Shown here piece after piece: positions 8,924 to 16,988 of a DNA stretch of 64,000 nt. The DNA lies in assembly GCA_035571915.1 (NCBI GenBank), contig DATNBM010000093.1, forward strand, positions 24,237 to 88,236, in the 5' to 3' direction. This stretch comes from Solirubrobacteraceae bacterium. Its GTDB lineage: Bacteria > Actinomycetota > Thermoleophilia > Solirubrobacterales > Solirubrobacteraceae. Made by a program: the position numbers and the translations under genes. Within the stretch, counting starts at the first letter, position 1, and every line of letters starts with the position of its first letter. Below the pieces are notes generated by a model, which ran no database searches, was not told where the DNA came from, and saw nothing but the letters and a program-made list of their open reading frames with translations.

Positions 8924-9661
8924 TCAGCTCATGCTTACGTAGCCGGTCGCTTCGCCGGCGCTGCGGACGTTCGCCGAGACCTTGTTCTCGTAGTTGCCCT
9001 CGATCGTCGCGATGCGCCCGTCGGGCAGCACGCCGCGGACGATTCCCACGTGCTCGCCTCCGAAGACGATCAGGTCGCCCGGCTTCGGCACGACGCCCGG
9101 TCCGTTCGCGACGGCGCGCCCGGCGCCCTGCGCCCAGGACCAGATCGCCGAGACCGAGCCGAGGCCTTCGCCCGCTGCGCCGATCGGCTCGCCCGCCTGG
9201 CGCGCCGCCCAAGAGGCGAAGTACGCGCACCAGGGCTCTCCCGGCGCGGCGCCGGCCGTCGCTTCGCGGTAGGCGGCGATCGCGGGGCCTTCGTTCGAGC
9301 CCGGCGGCTGCTCGGACTGGCCGATCTGGCTTTCGGCCGCCGCGACGATGCCGCCGCCCGTGCCGCCGGGCGCGCCCTGCAGGCCTTGCATGCCCGACGT
9401 GCCGTAGAGGCCGGCGCCCTGCTGCGCCCCGAGCGGCTCGAGCGCCGTGCTCGAGGGGTAGCCGCTCGTCGCTCCGTAACCGGCCTGCGCCTGGGCGAGG
9501 GCGGCCTCGAAGGGAGCGGCCGCAGCCGTCGCGCTCGTCGTCGTGGCCGTCCCGGTCGCGGCCGGCGCTTCGACGCCGCCGGTCGAGCCGAGAAGCGCCG
9601 AGGGGTCGCTCAGAGCCTGGCGGATCGTGGTGATGCGGGAGATCGTCGTTTCGATCGACAT
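8924..9661 (-). CDS. CHAP-domain peptidoglycan amidase/peptidase, sigma-28 controlled
   Basis: E.PPGSN, PWCAYFASW, PGDLIVF, HVGIV, TIEGN; no Sec signal peptide. Confidence 0.85.
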   Translation of the reverse strand: MSIETTISRITTIRQALSDPSALLGSTGGVEAPAATGTATTTSATAAAAPFEAALAQAQAGYGATSGYPSSTALEPLGAQQGAGLYGTSGMQGLQGAPGGTGGGIVAAAESQIGQSEQPPGSNEGPAIAAYREATAGAAPGEPWCAYFASWAARQAGEPIGAAGEGLGSVSAIWSWAQGAGRAVANGPGVVPKPGDLIVFGGEHVGIVRGVLPDGRIATIEGNYENKVSANVRSAGEATGYVSMS

Positions 9662-9670
9662 CACCCCCGG

Positions 9671-9697
9671 TGATCGGCAGCGGGAGGGGAGGTTTGA
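9671..9697 (-). promoter_or_regulatory. Sigma-28 promoter (CHAP gene)
   Basis: TCAA-N15-GCCGATCA, 9 nt before ATG. Confidence 0.8.
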
Positions 9698-9704
9698 GGG
9701 CCTT

Positions 9705-9736
9705 AAATGAAGACGCCCGGCCGTCGCCGGGCGCCC
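9705..9736 (-). terminator. Probable intrinsic terminator of the fliC transcript
   Basis: GGCGCCCGGC-GACG-GCCGGGCGTC followed by TTCATTT on the minus strand. Confidence 0.6.
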
Positions 9737-9870
9737 TCGACCACCGTTCCCTCGATGAATCGGCGGTATGTAGCTTCCAGCGGGCCACTCGCGTGACCGC
9801 CCGAAGCGTTGTATGACCCCGAGGCAAGACGTCCGGCGCAGGCCGAACCCTGCCCACGGGGGCTTCACAG
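9737..9870 (-). ncRNA. Candidate structured RNA / long 3' UTR downstream of flagellin
   Basis: Consecutive stems with UUCG-containing and GCGA loops, separated by two single-stranded CAUAC linkers. Confidence 0.4.
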
Positions 9871-9901
9871 CAGCGGTGGCGTCACGAGGACGCCACCGCT
9901 G
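9871..9901. repeat. Perfect 13-bp inverted repeat just after the fliC stop
   Basis: cagcggtggcgtc-acgag-gacgccaccgctg; no U tract. Confidence 0.85.
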
Positions 9902-9914
9902 AGGAAGTTGGTGA

Positions 9915-10700
9915 CTACTGCAGCAGCTTCAGGACAGCGTCCGGAAGGTGGTTCGCCTGGGCGAGAATCGCCACGCCGGCCTGCTGAAGGACCTGGTCCT
10001 TGGTGAACTGGGTCATTTCGGAGGCCATGTTGACGTCGACGATCTGGCTGACAGCCGAAGAGAGGTTCTGGCTGTAGACTTCCAGGTTGGTCGCGGTGTA
10101 CTGGATGCGGTTCTGCACCGCACCGTATTCACCGGCGGCCTTCGTCACTTTGTCGAGCGCTTCGTCGATCGTTTTGACTTCGGTGACCGACGCTTTTTCG
10201 ACGGCGCCTTTGAGTTCGATCGTTTTGACGGCAACGGTTTCTTTTTCGTTGGCGCCGACCTGGAACTTGATTTCTTCGCCACCTTCGAGGAGTTTCACGC
10301 CGTTGAAGGTCGTCGTTTCACCGACGCGCGTGATCTCTTCTTTGAGCTGTTCGGTCTCCTGTTCGATGGCTTCCTTGTCGGTTTCCGACGTGGTGCCGTT
10401 GGCGTACTGCACCCCGAGCTCGCGGACGCGCTGGAGCATCCCGACGACATCGTTGAGCGCGCCCTGAGCGGTCTGGGCGAGCGAGACGGCGTCCGAGATG
10501 TTCTGCGTCGCCTGGTTCAGGCCGCTGACCTGGCCCTTCAGGCGCTCGGAGATCGCGTAGCCGGCGACGTCGTCGGCGGCCGAGTTGATGCGCAGACCCG
10601 AAGACAGGCGCTGCATCGCGGTACCGAGCATGTTCTCGGTGTTGTTCAGGTTCCTCGCGGCATCCATCGCCTCGAGGTTTGTGTTCACTGTCAGGCCCAT
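9915..10700 (-). CDS. fliC: Flagellin (minimal, 261 aa)
   Basis: MQRLSSGLRINSAADD, FNG.KLL, FQVGAN, GAVQNR, ASEM and LAQAN; AAGGAG RBS. Confidence 0.98.
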   Translation of the reverse strand: MGLTVNTNLEAMDAARNLNNTENMLGTAMQRLSSGLRINSAADDVAGYAISERLKGQVSGLNQATQNISDAVSLAQTAQGALNDVVGMLQRVRELGVQYANGTTSETDKEAIEQETEQLKEEITRVGETTTFNGVKLLEGGEEIKFQVGANEKETVAVKTIELKGAVEKASVTEVKTIDEALDKVTKAAGEYGAVQNRIQYTATNLEVYSQNLSSAVSQIVDVNMASEMTQFTKDQVLQQAGVAILAQANHLPDAVLKLLQ

Positions 10701-10704
10701 TCGT

Positions 10705-10758
10705 TCATCTCCTTGATGACGGTGGTTATGTGGTCCCGTGACCGACTCCATGTCGGTC
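10705..10758 (-). promoter_or_regulatory. Two CsrA-binding hairpins in the fliC leader
   Basis: GACCGAC-ATGGA-GTCGGTC and TCATC-AAGGA-GATGA, the second on the SD. Confidence 0.8.
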
Positions 10759-10767
10759 CACGCCGAT

Positions 10768-10794
10768 GTATCGACGGTTGGCCGGGAAACTTGA
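10768..10794 (-). promoter_or_regulatory. Sigma-28 promoter (fliC)
   Basis: TCAA-N15-GTCGATAC. Confidence 0.85.
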
Positions 10795-10870
10795 GGACAG
10801 AGTCCTCGCTGTGGGCCTATTCACCTCCCGGAGCCGATCTCCTGCGCCGGGGCGCGATCCTGCAATGCGC

Positions 10871-11068
10871 CTAGACGCGGATGTCGATGTGGCCCTCGTC
10901 GTCCCGGCCGCCCTCCTCCTCGGGCGCTTCGCGGCCCTCGCGGCGCTCCGATGGTTCGCGGCGGGGCTTGTCCCCCTCGCGCGTCACACGCCGCAGCCGG
11001 TCGACCGGCGGGACGCGCCGCGAGGGCATCGACGGCCCGGTCGGACCGATCGGGTTGAGGGGATCCAT
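10871..11068 (-). CDS. Small charged flagellar-operon protein (65 aa)
   Basis: Starts 3 nt after upstream stop; ends GHIDIRV. Confidence 0.65.
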   Translation of the reverse strand: MDPLNPIGPTGPSMPSRRVPPVDRLRRVTREGDKPRREPSERREGREAPEEEGGRDDEGHIDIRV

Positions 11069-11071
11069 CGG

Positions 11072-11539
11072 CTAGCGCCCCCCTGCCCCCTGAGCCCCCT
11101 CGGCGGCCGCCCGGCGGGCCTGCGCTGCGCGCGCGGCCGCGACGAGCTCCTGCTCGCGGGCCTTGATCTCGACCATCACCATGCGCCGCCAGAAGAACAC
11201 CGAGCCGGCCCAGGCGGCGAGGAACAGCGCGATCCCCGCGACGAGCGCGCGCAACATCGTCGTCGCGAACGTGTGCGTCGGCAGCGACTCGTAGAAGCCG
11301 GCCCCGAAGCCGACGAGCGCGCCCCACGCCTTGGCCCGTTCGACCGCCCGCGCGGCTCGCGGATGGCCGGCGACGCTCGGACCGTCGATCTCGACGATCG
11401 CCGCCTTCCCCTTCTTCCCCTTCTTCTCGTCCTTCTTCTTCTCCTTGGCCGGCTTCGCGGCCTTGGCGGGCGCGGGCGCCTCGACGACGTCCTCCTGAAC
11501 CTCCGGGGGCGCCTCGAGCGTCTCCTGGGCGTCAGCCAC
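11072..11539 (-). CDS. Hypothetical 2-TM membrane protein in the flagellar operon
   Basis: Overlaps PilZ gene stop; Lys-rich N-terminus and two hydrophobic helices. Confidence 0.75.
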   Translation of the reverse strand: MADAQETLEAPPEVQEDVVEAPAPAKAAKPAKEKKKDEKKGKKGKAAIVEIDGPSVAGHPRAARAVERAKAWGALVGFGAGFYESLPTHTFATTMLRALVAGIALFLAAWAGSVFFWRRMVMVEIKAREQELVAAARAAQARRAAAEGAQGAGGR

Positions 11540-12194
11540 GTCCGCCGTCCCCGTCCAGGCCGCGACGGCGTTCCTCGCGCTGGCACTCGAAGATGAAGCG
11601 CACGAGCCGGCGCCGGTCGAGGTCGCTGATCGAGATGAACTCGACGGCGCGCCGGCCCTGGCCGTCGACGCGCACGACCCGTCCCGACCCCGTGACGGGC
11701 GTCACTCCCTGCGTCAGGGTCAGCCGGAAGGTCAGCTCGTCGCCGACCCGCAGCGTGTCGGGGCCCGTCAGCAGCAGCCCGCCGCCGCTGACGTCGACCG
11801 TGAAGCTCTGCACGCTCCCGGTCTCGCCTGAGCACAGCACGAGCACGGGGCGGGCGGAGCGGATCCGCACGTACTCGCGTTCCTGCATCACCTCGACCGA
11901 GCGCGGCGCGGTCAGCCGCACGACCTCAGGGTCGGCGGGGTCCTGGCTGGCGAGGCTTCCGGTCAGCCGGACGCGGCCCCGGGCGCTGACGTATTCGACC
12001 CGCAGGCTCCCGAGCTGGTCCTCGCTCATCGGCCGCGTCGGCACGGTGATCGCCACGACGAGCATGTCGGGGCCGCGCTCGATCACCCGCGCGGGGATCC
12101 GCCCCGAGCCGACGGCGAGCACGACCGAGTCCGACACCTCCGGCAGCTCGACGGGCGCCGCGGCGGACTGGCGCTTGGAACGGGCGAGCCTCAC
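11532..12194 (-). CDS. PilZ-domain c-di-GMP-binding flagellar brake (YcgR/MotI-like)
   Basis: QEREYVR (RxxxR) and DVSGGG (DxSxxG); follows flhF. Confidence 0.85.
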   Translation of the reverse strand: MRLARSKRQSAAAPVELPEVSDSVVLAVGSGRIPARVIERGPDMLVVAITVPTRPMSEDQLGSLRVEYVSARGRVRLTGSLASQDPADPEVVRLTAPRSVEVMQEREYVRIRSARPVLVLCSGETGSVQSFTVDVSGGGLLLTGPDTLRVGDELTFRLTLTQGVTPVTGSGRVVRVDGQGRRAVEFISISDLDRRRLVRFIFECQREERRRGLDGDGGRG

Positions 12195-13789
12195 GGCAGC
12201 ACCATCCCGGCGAGGCCCGCGGGGTCGAGCCGGCGCAGCCGCCAGCCCCCCGCGCGAGCGTGGGAGAGCATGAATTCGGGCGCCAGCTCGAAGCGGCAGG
12301 CGGCCTCGACGGCGACGCCGATCTGGTCGGTCTCATCCGCGTGGGTGACGACCAGCGCGTGCGCCCGAAGCGGCGCGAGCGCCTCCAGCAGCTGGGCTGC
12401 GGCGGCGCTGCCGAGGGTGGCGGGGAGCGTCAGCAGGATCCGGTCGGGGTCGAGCTCCGAGAGCAGCCGGCCGAGCCGGCGGATGCTTTTTCGATCGGAC
12501 GGCGAGAGCCGCGGCGTGTCGAGCACCGCCAGCCCCTCCGCGCGCGCGCGCCGCAGCGCCCGCATCGCGCGCGGGCTCTCGATCGGCGCGGGCTTCAGAA
12601 GCTGCGGGGCCATCAGCAGGTGCAGCTCGCCGTTCTCTTCGCCCGCGATCGTCGCGAACGTGGCCGAGAGGGTGCTGCCCGAGCGGTAGGCGCTCAGCAA
12701 CGCCGCGCAGCAGGTCGTCTTGCCCGAGCCGCCCGCGCCGACGAGCACGACCGAGGCCCCCCGCGCGGACAGCGGCGGCGCGACGGGGATCCGCTGGGCG
12801 AGCGTGCTTCGCACCGCCGCGGCGAGCCCCAGGCGCGGAGCGAGCGGCAGGGCGTGGGCGAGCGCCATGTCGATCAGCTCCCCCGCCAGCTGCTCTCCGA
12901 TCCCGTAGCGGGCGAGGCTCTTCTCGACCCCCGCCCGCGCGCGAGCGTGCGAGCCGGGTTGGACGGTGCGTCGCTCGGCCGGGGCCCGCGCCGTCCAGTC
13001 GGCCTGCGGCGGCGGCGCGATCGGCGCGGCCGGCCGGCGGGTCTGCTGGGGGATCAGCTCATGGAAGTCGACCGGCTCGTCGGAGAGCGGCCTGCCTCGC
13101 GGCGGTCCGGCCACGAACGGGGTCGGCGGGGGCTGCTCGGGCACGAGCGGCGGCGGGACCGTCCGCTCGGCGCGCGCCAGCGCCGCGAGGTGGGCGGTCA
13201 CGTACGCGCTGCCCTGCGCGAAGACCGGCTCGGGCGGGGCGATCGGCGGCGCGGGCGCCTGCGGCACGGGATCGGGGACGAAGCTGGGTGGCGGCGAGCC
13301 CGGCTGCGCGTACGGCAATCCGGGGGGCCCGGGCTGGACGCCAGCGGGCTGGACACCACCGGCCTGACCGGCGCCGGGGGCCTGGCCGGTGAACTGCCCG
13401 GCCGGCGGCGCAGGCGCAGGCGGTGGCACCGCTGCGCTCGCGTAGGCGCTTGCGCCATGCGGCACGGGTCCGGGCACGGACGGCGCGGGCTCCTCGCCAA
13501 GCGGCGGCTCGACGCTCTCGACCTCGTCGTACACGTCGACGCCGGCCGTCCCGGGGATCGCCTCAATCTCGACCCATGGATGCTGGAAGAACCCCAGCAC
13601 CCCGCCGGTCAGCCCCTCCCGCCGCCTCACGACGATCGCGTCCGCCCCGAGATCGCGCTCGATCCGCGGGATCAGCTCCTCGACGCTGCGCCCCCTGAAG
13701 ACCCGCGGCGTAGTCGCATCGCGCCCCCCCGCCAACCGCGCCCTGGCCTCGCGCCCGAGCGCGTTCAAGATGTCCCCTGGAGTACTCAT
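12191..13789 (-). CDS. flhF: FlhF-like SRP-family GTPase, divergent
   Basis: N-terminal F.G.S...I..DLG.DAIVV, GAGGSGKTT, DTPR and THADET; follows flhA. Confidence 0.8.
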   Translation of the reverse strand: MSTPGDILNALGREARARLAGGRDATTPRVFRGRSVEELIPRIERDLGADAIVVRRREGLTGGVLGFFQHPWVEIEAIPGTAGVDVYDEVESVEPPLGEEPAPSVPGPVPHGASAYASAAVPPPAPAPPAGQFTGQAPGAGQAGGVQPAGVQPGPPGLPYAQPGSPPPSFVPDPVPQAPAPPIAPPEPVFAQGSAYVTAHLAALARAERTVPPPLVPEQPPPTPFVAGPPRGRPLSDEPVDFHELIPQQTRRPAAPIAPPPQADWTARAPAERRTVQPGSHARARAGVEKSLARYGIGEQLAGELIDMALAHALPLAPRLGLAAAVRSTLAQRIPVAPPLSARGASVVLVGAGGSGKTTCCAALLSAYRSGSTLSATFATIAGEENGELHLLMAPQLLKPAPIESPRAMRALRRARAEGLAVLDTPRLSPSDRKSIRRLGRLLSELDPDRILLTLPATLGSAAAAQLLEALAPLRAHALVVTHADETDQIGVAVEAACRFELAPEFMLSHARAGGWRLRRLDPAGLAGMVLP

Positions 13790-15837
13790 GCGTGGATCAC
13801 CCCGATCGTTTCGACGTTCACGCCGGGGGCGATCTCGTTGTAGGAGCAGACCGCGAGGTGCGGCTGGGCCTGGGCGATCAGGCGCCGCAGGTGCCTGCGG
13901 ATCCGCGCAGAGCAGAGCACGACGGGCCGCGCGCCGAGGGCGCTCGCGTGCTCGACCTGGGCGCGCAGCGCCGTGACGATCGCCTGAGCGCGGCTCGGCT
14001 CCATGGCGAGGTACTCGCCGTCGGTCGTTTGGGTGATCGAAGTGGAGACCTCCTGCTCGATCGCCGGGTCGAGGGTTATCGCTTGCAGGCGCAACTGCTC
14101 ATCCAGATGGGGAGCCGTGATCGCCCGGCCCAGCGCCTGGCGAGCGTACTCCGAGAGAAGACTCGTGTCTCGTGTTGTTCGAGCCTTGTCGCCGATCGCC
14201 TCCACGATCGTCCCGAGGTCGCGGATCGCGACGCCCTCGCCGAGCAGCGACTGCAGCACCCGCTGGATCTCCCCGAGCGAGAGCGCGTCGGGCACGACCT
14301 CCTCGACGACGGCCGCGTTCGTCTCCTTGAGGCGGTCGAGCAGCGTCCGCACGTCCTGGCGGGTGAGCAGCTCGGCCGCGTGCGAGCGGATCGTCTCGGT
14401 GAGGTGGGTGACGATGACCGACTCGGGGTCGACGACGGTGTAGCCGAGCGACTCCGCCTCGGCGCGGCTCGACTCGTGCACCCAGACCGCCTCCAGGCCG
14501 AACGCCGGCTCGCGCGTCGGGATCCCGTTGAGCGTGCCGAGCGCGTCGCCCGGGTTCATCGCGAGCAGGTGGCCGGGCATGATCCGCCCCCGCGCGACCT
14601 CCGAGCCGCGGATCTTGATCACGTACTCGTGGGATTCCATGCCGAGCTCGTCGTGGATCCGCACGCGCGGGATCACGATCCCGAGTTCGCCCGCGATCTG
14701 TCGGCGCACCATGCTGACCCGCCGCAACAGCGCGCTGCCGGTGCCGCCGCCCTCGACGAGCGGCACGAGGCCGAAGCCGATCGCGAGCTCGAGCGCGTCG
14801 ACGCCGACTTCGGAGATCGGCTCCCCGCCGGCCGCGGGCAGCGCGTCGGGCTTCTCCTTGGCGGCCTTCTTCTCGTCGGGCATCCCGTTGCGCACGCCCC
14901 ACGCGATCGCTCCGAAGATCGCCGCGATGAACAGGAACGGGAGCTTCGGCAGGCCCGGGATCAGGGCGAAGCCGCCGATCGCGCCCGCCGCGACGAGCGG
15001 CGCTTTGCGCTGGCCGAGGATCTGACCCGCGATGTCCGAGCCGAGGTCGCGGTCGGAGGCGGCGCGGGTGACGATGATGCCCGTCGCGACCGAGATCAGG
15101 AGCGCGGGGATCTGAGCGGCGAGGCCGTCGCCGACCGTCAGCAGCGAGAACTGGTGGGTCGCCGCTTCGAAGCTCAGACCGTGCTGGAGCATCCCGACGA
15201 TGATCCCCCCGATCAGGTTGATCAGGGTGATGATCACGGCCGCCATCGCGTCGCCTTTGACGAACTTCGAGGCGCCGTCCATCGCCCCGTAGAAGTCGGC
15301 CTCGCGGGCGATCTCCGAGCGGCGCTCGCGGGCGACGTCGTCGGTGATCAGCCCGGCGTTGAGGTCGGCGTCGATCGCCATCTGCTTGCCCGGCATCGCG
15401 TCGAGCGTGAAGCGCGCCCCGACCTCGGCGACCCGGCCCGCGCCGTTGGTGACGACGACGAACTGGATCACGATCAGGATCAGGAAGATCACGAGGCCGA
15501 CGATCACGTTGCCGCCGACGACGAACTCCCCGAACGACTTGACGACGCTGCCCGCGTCCCCGGTCGTGAGGATCAGCCGCGTCACCGACACGTTGATCGC
15601 CAGGCGGAACATCGTCGTCAGCAGCAGCAGGCTCGGGAACGACGAGAAGTCGAGCGCCCGGCCCAGGTACATCGTCGCGACCACGATCATCAAGGCCGCC
15701 GAGATGTTGAGCGTGATCAGCAGGTCGAGCACGGCCGCGGGCAGCGGCACGACGAGCATCGTCACGACCATCACGACGGCGGCCGCGGCGAGCAGGTCGG
15801 TGTGGCGGAGCAGCCGCCTGATGCCGGCTTCGTTCAC
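13786..15837 (-). CDS. flhA: Flagellar export gate FlhA
   Basis: RVAEVGARFTLDAMPGKQMAIDADL and FYGAMDGASKFVKGDA. Confidence 0.97.
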   Translation of the reverse strand: MNEAGIRRLLRHTDLLAAAAVVMVVTMLVVPLPAAVLDLLITLNISAALMIVVATMYLGRALDFSSFPSLLLLTTMFRLAINVSVTRLILTTGDAGSVVKSFGEFVVGGNVIVGLVIFLILIVIQFVVVTNGAGRVAEVGARFTLDAMPGKQMAIDADLNAGLITDDVARERRSEIAREADFYGAMDGASKFVKGDAMAAVIITLINLIGGIIVGMLQHGLSFEAATHQFSLLTVGDGLAAQIPALLISVATGIIVTRAASDRDLGSDIAGQILGQRKAPLVAAGAIGGFALIPGLPKLPFLFIAAIFGAIAWGVRNGMPDEKKAAKEKPDALPAAGGEPISEVGVDALELAIGFGLVPLVEGGGTGSALLRRVSMVRRQIAGELGIVIPRVRIHDELGMESHEYVIKIRGSEVARGRIMPGHLLAMNPGDALGTLNGIPTREPAFGLEAVWVHESSRAEAESLGYTVVDPESVIVTHLTETIRSHAAELLTRQDVRTLLDRLKETNAAVVEEVVPDALSLGEIQRVLQSLLGEGVAIRDLGTIVEAIGDKARTTRDTSLLSEYARQALGRAITAPHLDEQLRLQAITLDPAIEQEVSTSITQTTDGEYLAMEPSRAQAIVTALRAQVEHASALGARPVVLCSARIRRHLRRLIAQAQPHLAVCSYNEIAPGVNVETIGVIHA

Positions 15838-16988
15838 GGCGCAAGCCCTCCGGCGGCGAGCGGCGCGCCGGGCGCGAGACGGCGCGAGCCGGGCGCAGCG
15901 ACCCCGGCGCCGGCGCCGCGGGCCGCCGCGGGCGTACGCCCGGCCATCCGGTAGACGAACGCGAGCACGCGGGCGACGGCCACGTAGAGCTCGGCCGGGA
16001 TCACCTGGCCGACCTCGGTCGAGCTGTGCAGAGCCCGCGCGAGCGGCGGGTCGCTGACGACCGCGACGCCGTTCTCCTTGGCGATCCGGCGGATCTGGGC
16101 GGCGATCAGGTCCTGGCCCTTGGCGACGACCTCGGGGGCCGACTTGGAGCCGTCGTAGCGCAGCGCGACGGCGAAGTGCGTTGGGTTGGTCACGACCACG
16201 TCGGCGCTCGGCACGGCGGCCATCATGCGGGCCCGGGCGAGCTGCATCTGACGGCGGCGCAGGGCCGCTTTGACCTCCGATGAGACGCCGTACTGGCGGA
16301 CCTCGTCCTTGACCTGCTGCTTGGTCATCCGCAGCTGTCGCTCGTGGCGGAAGCGTCGCCAGGCGTAGTCGATCAGCCCGATCGCGATGTAGGCGAAGGC
16401 CGCGTGCTGGGCCACGCCGAGCGCGCGATGGCCGGCGATCGAGGCGAGCGCCCCCGGGGGGACGCCGACGAGTCCCCCGAGGTCTTTGGCCCCGGGCACG
16501 ATCGTGAGCGTCGCGACGGCGCCGACGACGGCGACCTTCGCGATCGCCTTCAGCGCCTCGAAGATGAGGTTCGGGCCGAACAGGTTGCGCGCCCCGCTGA
16601 CCGGGTTGATGCGGCGGAAGTCCGGTTTCAGCGCCTGCAACGTGGGCCGGCCGCCGACCTGCGCGGCGCCGGCCGCGAGCGCCGCCGCCAGGCACGCGCC
16701 GGCGATCGGGCCGACTGTGATCTCGATCGTCGTCAGGGCCGTGTGCATCAGGTCGGTCAGGCCGGCCGCGCTCGTCGCCCGGCCGGGGTGGGCGATGTCC
16801 CCGAGGATCGTCCGAAAGCTCGCCGCGCCCGCCTGCGCGATCGCGGGCGCCGTGATCGAGACGACGAGCAGCCCGGCGACGAGCACGATCGAGCCGCTGA
16901 GGTCGGGGCTGCGGGCGACCTGGCCCTTCTCACGCGCGCGTTTGCGGTGTTTGGGGGTTGCCTTCTCTGTGCGGTCCTCGCGTGCCAT
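15834..16988 (-). CDS. flhB: Flagellar export switch FlhB
   Basis: TEKATP...AREKGQV and NPTH autocleavage motif. Confidence 0.97.
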   Translation of the reverse strand: MAREDRTEKATPKHRKRAREKGQVARSPDLSGSIVLVAGLLVVSITAPAIAQAGAASFRTILGDIAHPGRATSAAGLTDLMHTALTTIEITVGPIAGACLAAALAAGAAQVGGRPTLQALKPDFRRINPVSGARNLFGPNLIFEALKAIAKVAVVGAVATLTIVPGAKDLGGLVGVPPGALASIAGHRALGVAQHAAFAYIAIGLIDYAWRRFRHERQLRMTKQQVKDEVRQYGVSSEVKAALRRRQMQLARARMMAAVPSADVVVTNPTHFAVALRYDGSKSAPEVVAKGQDLIAAQIRRIAKENGVAVVSDPPLARALHSSTEVGQVIPAELYVAVARVLAFVYRMAGRTPAAARGAGAGVAAPGSRRLAPGAPLAAGGLAP

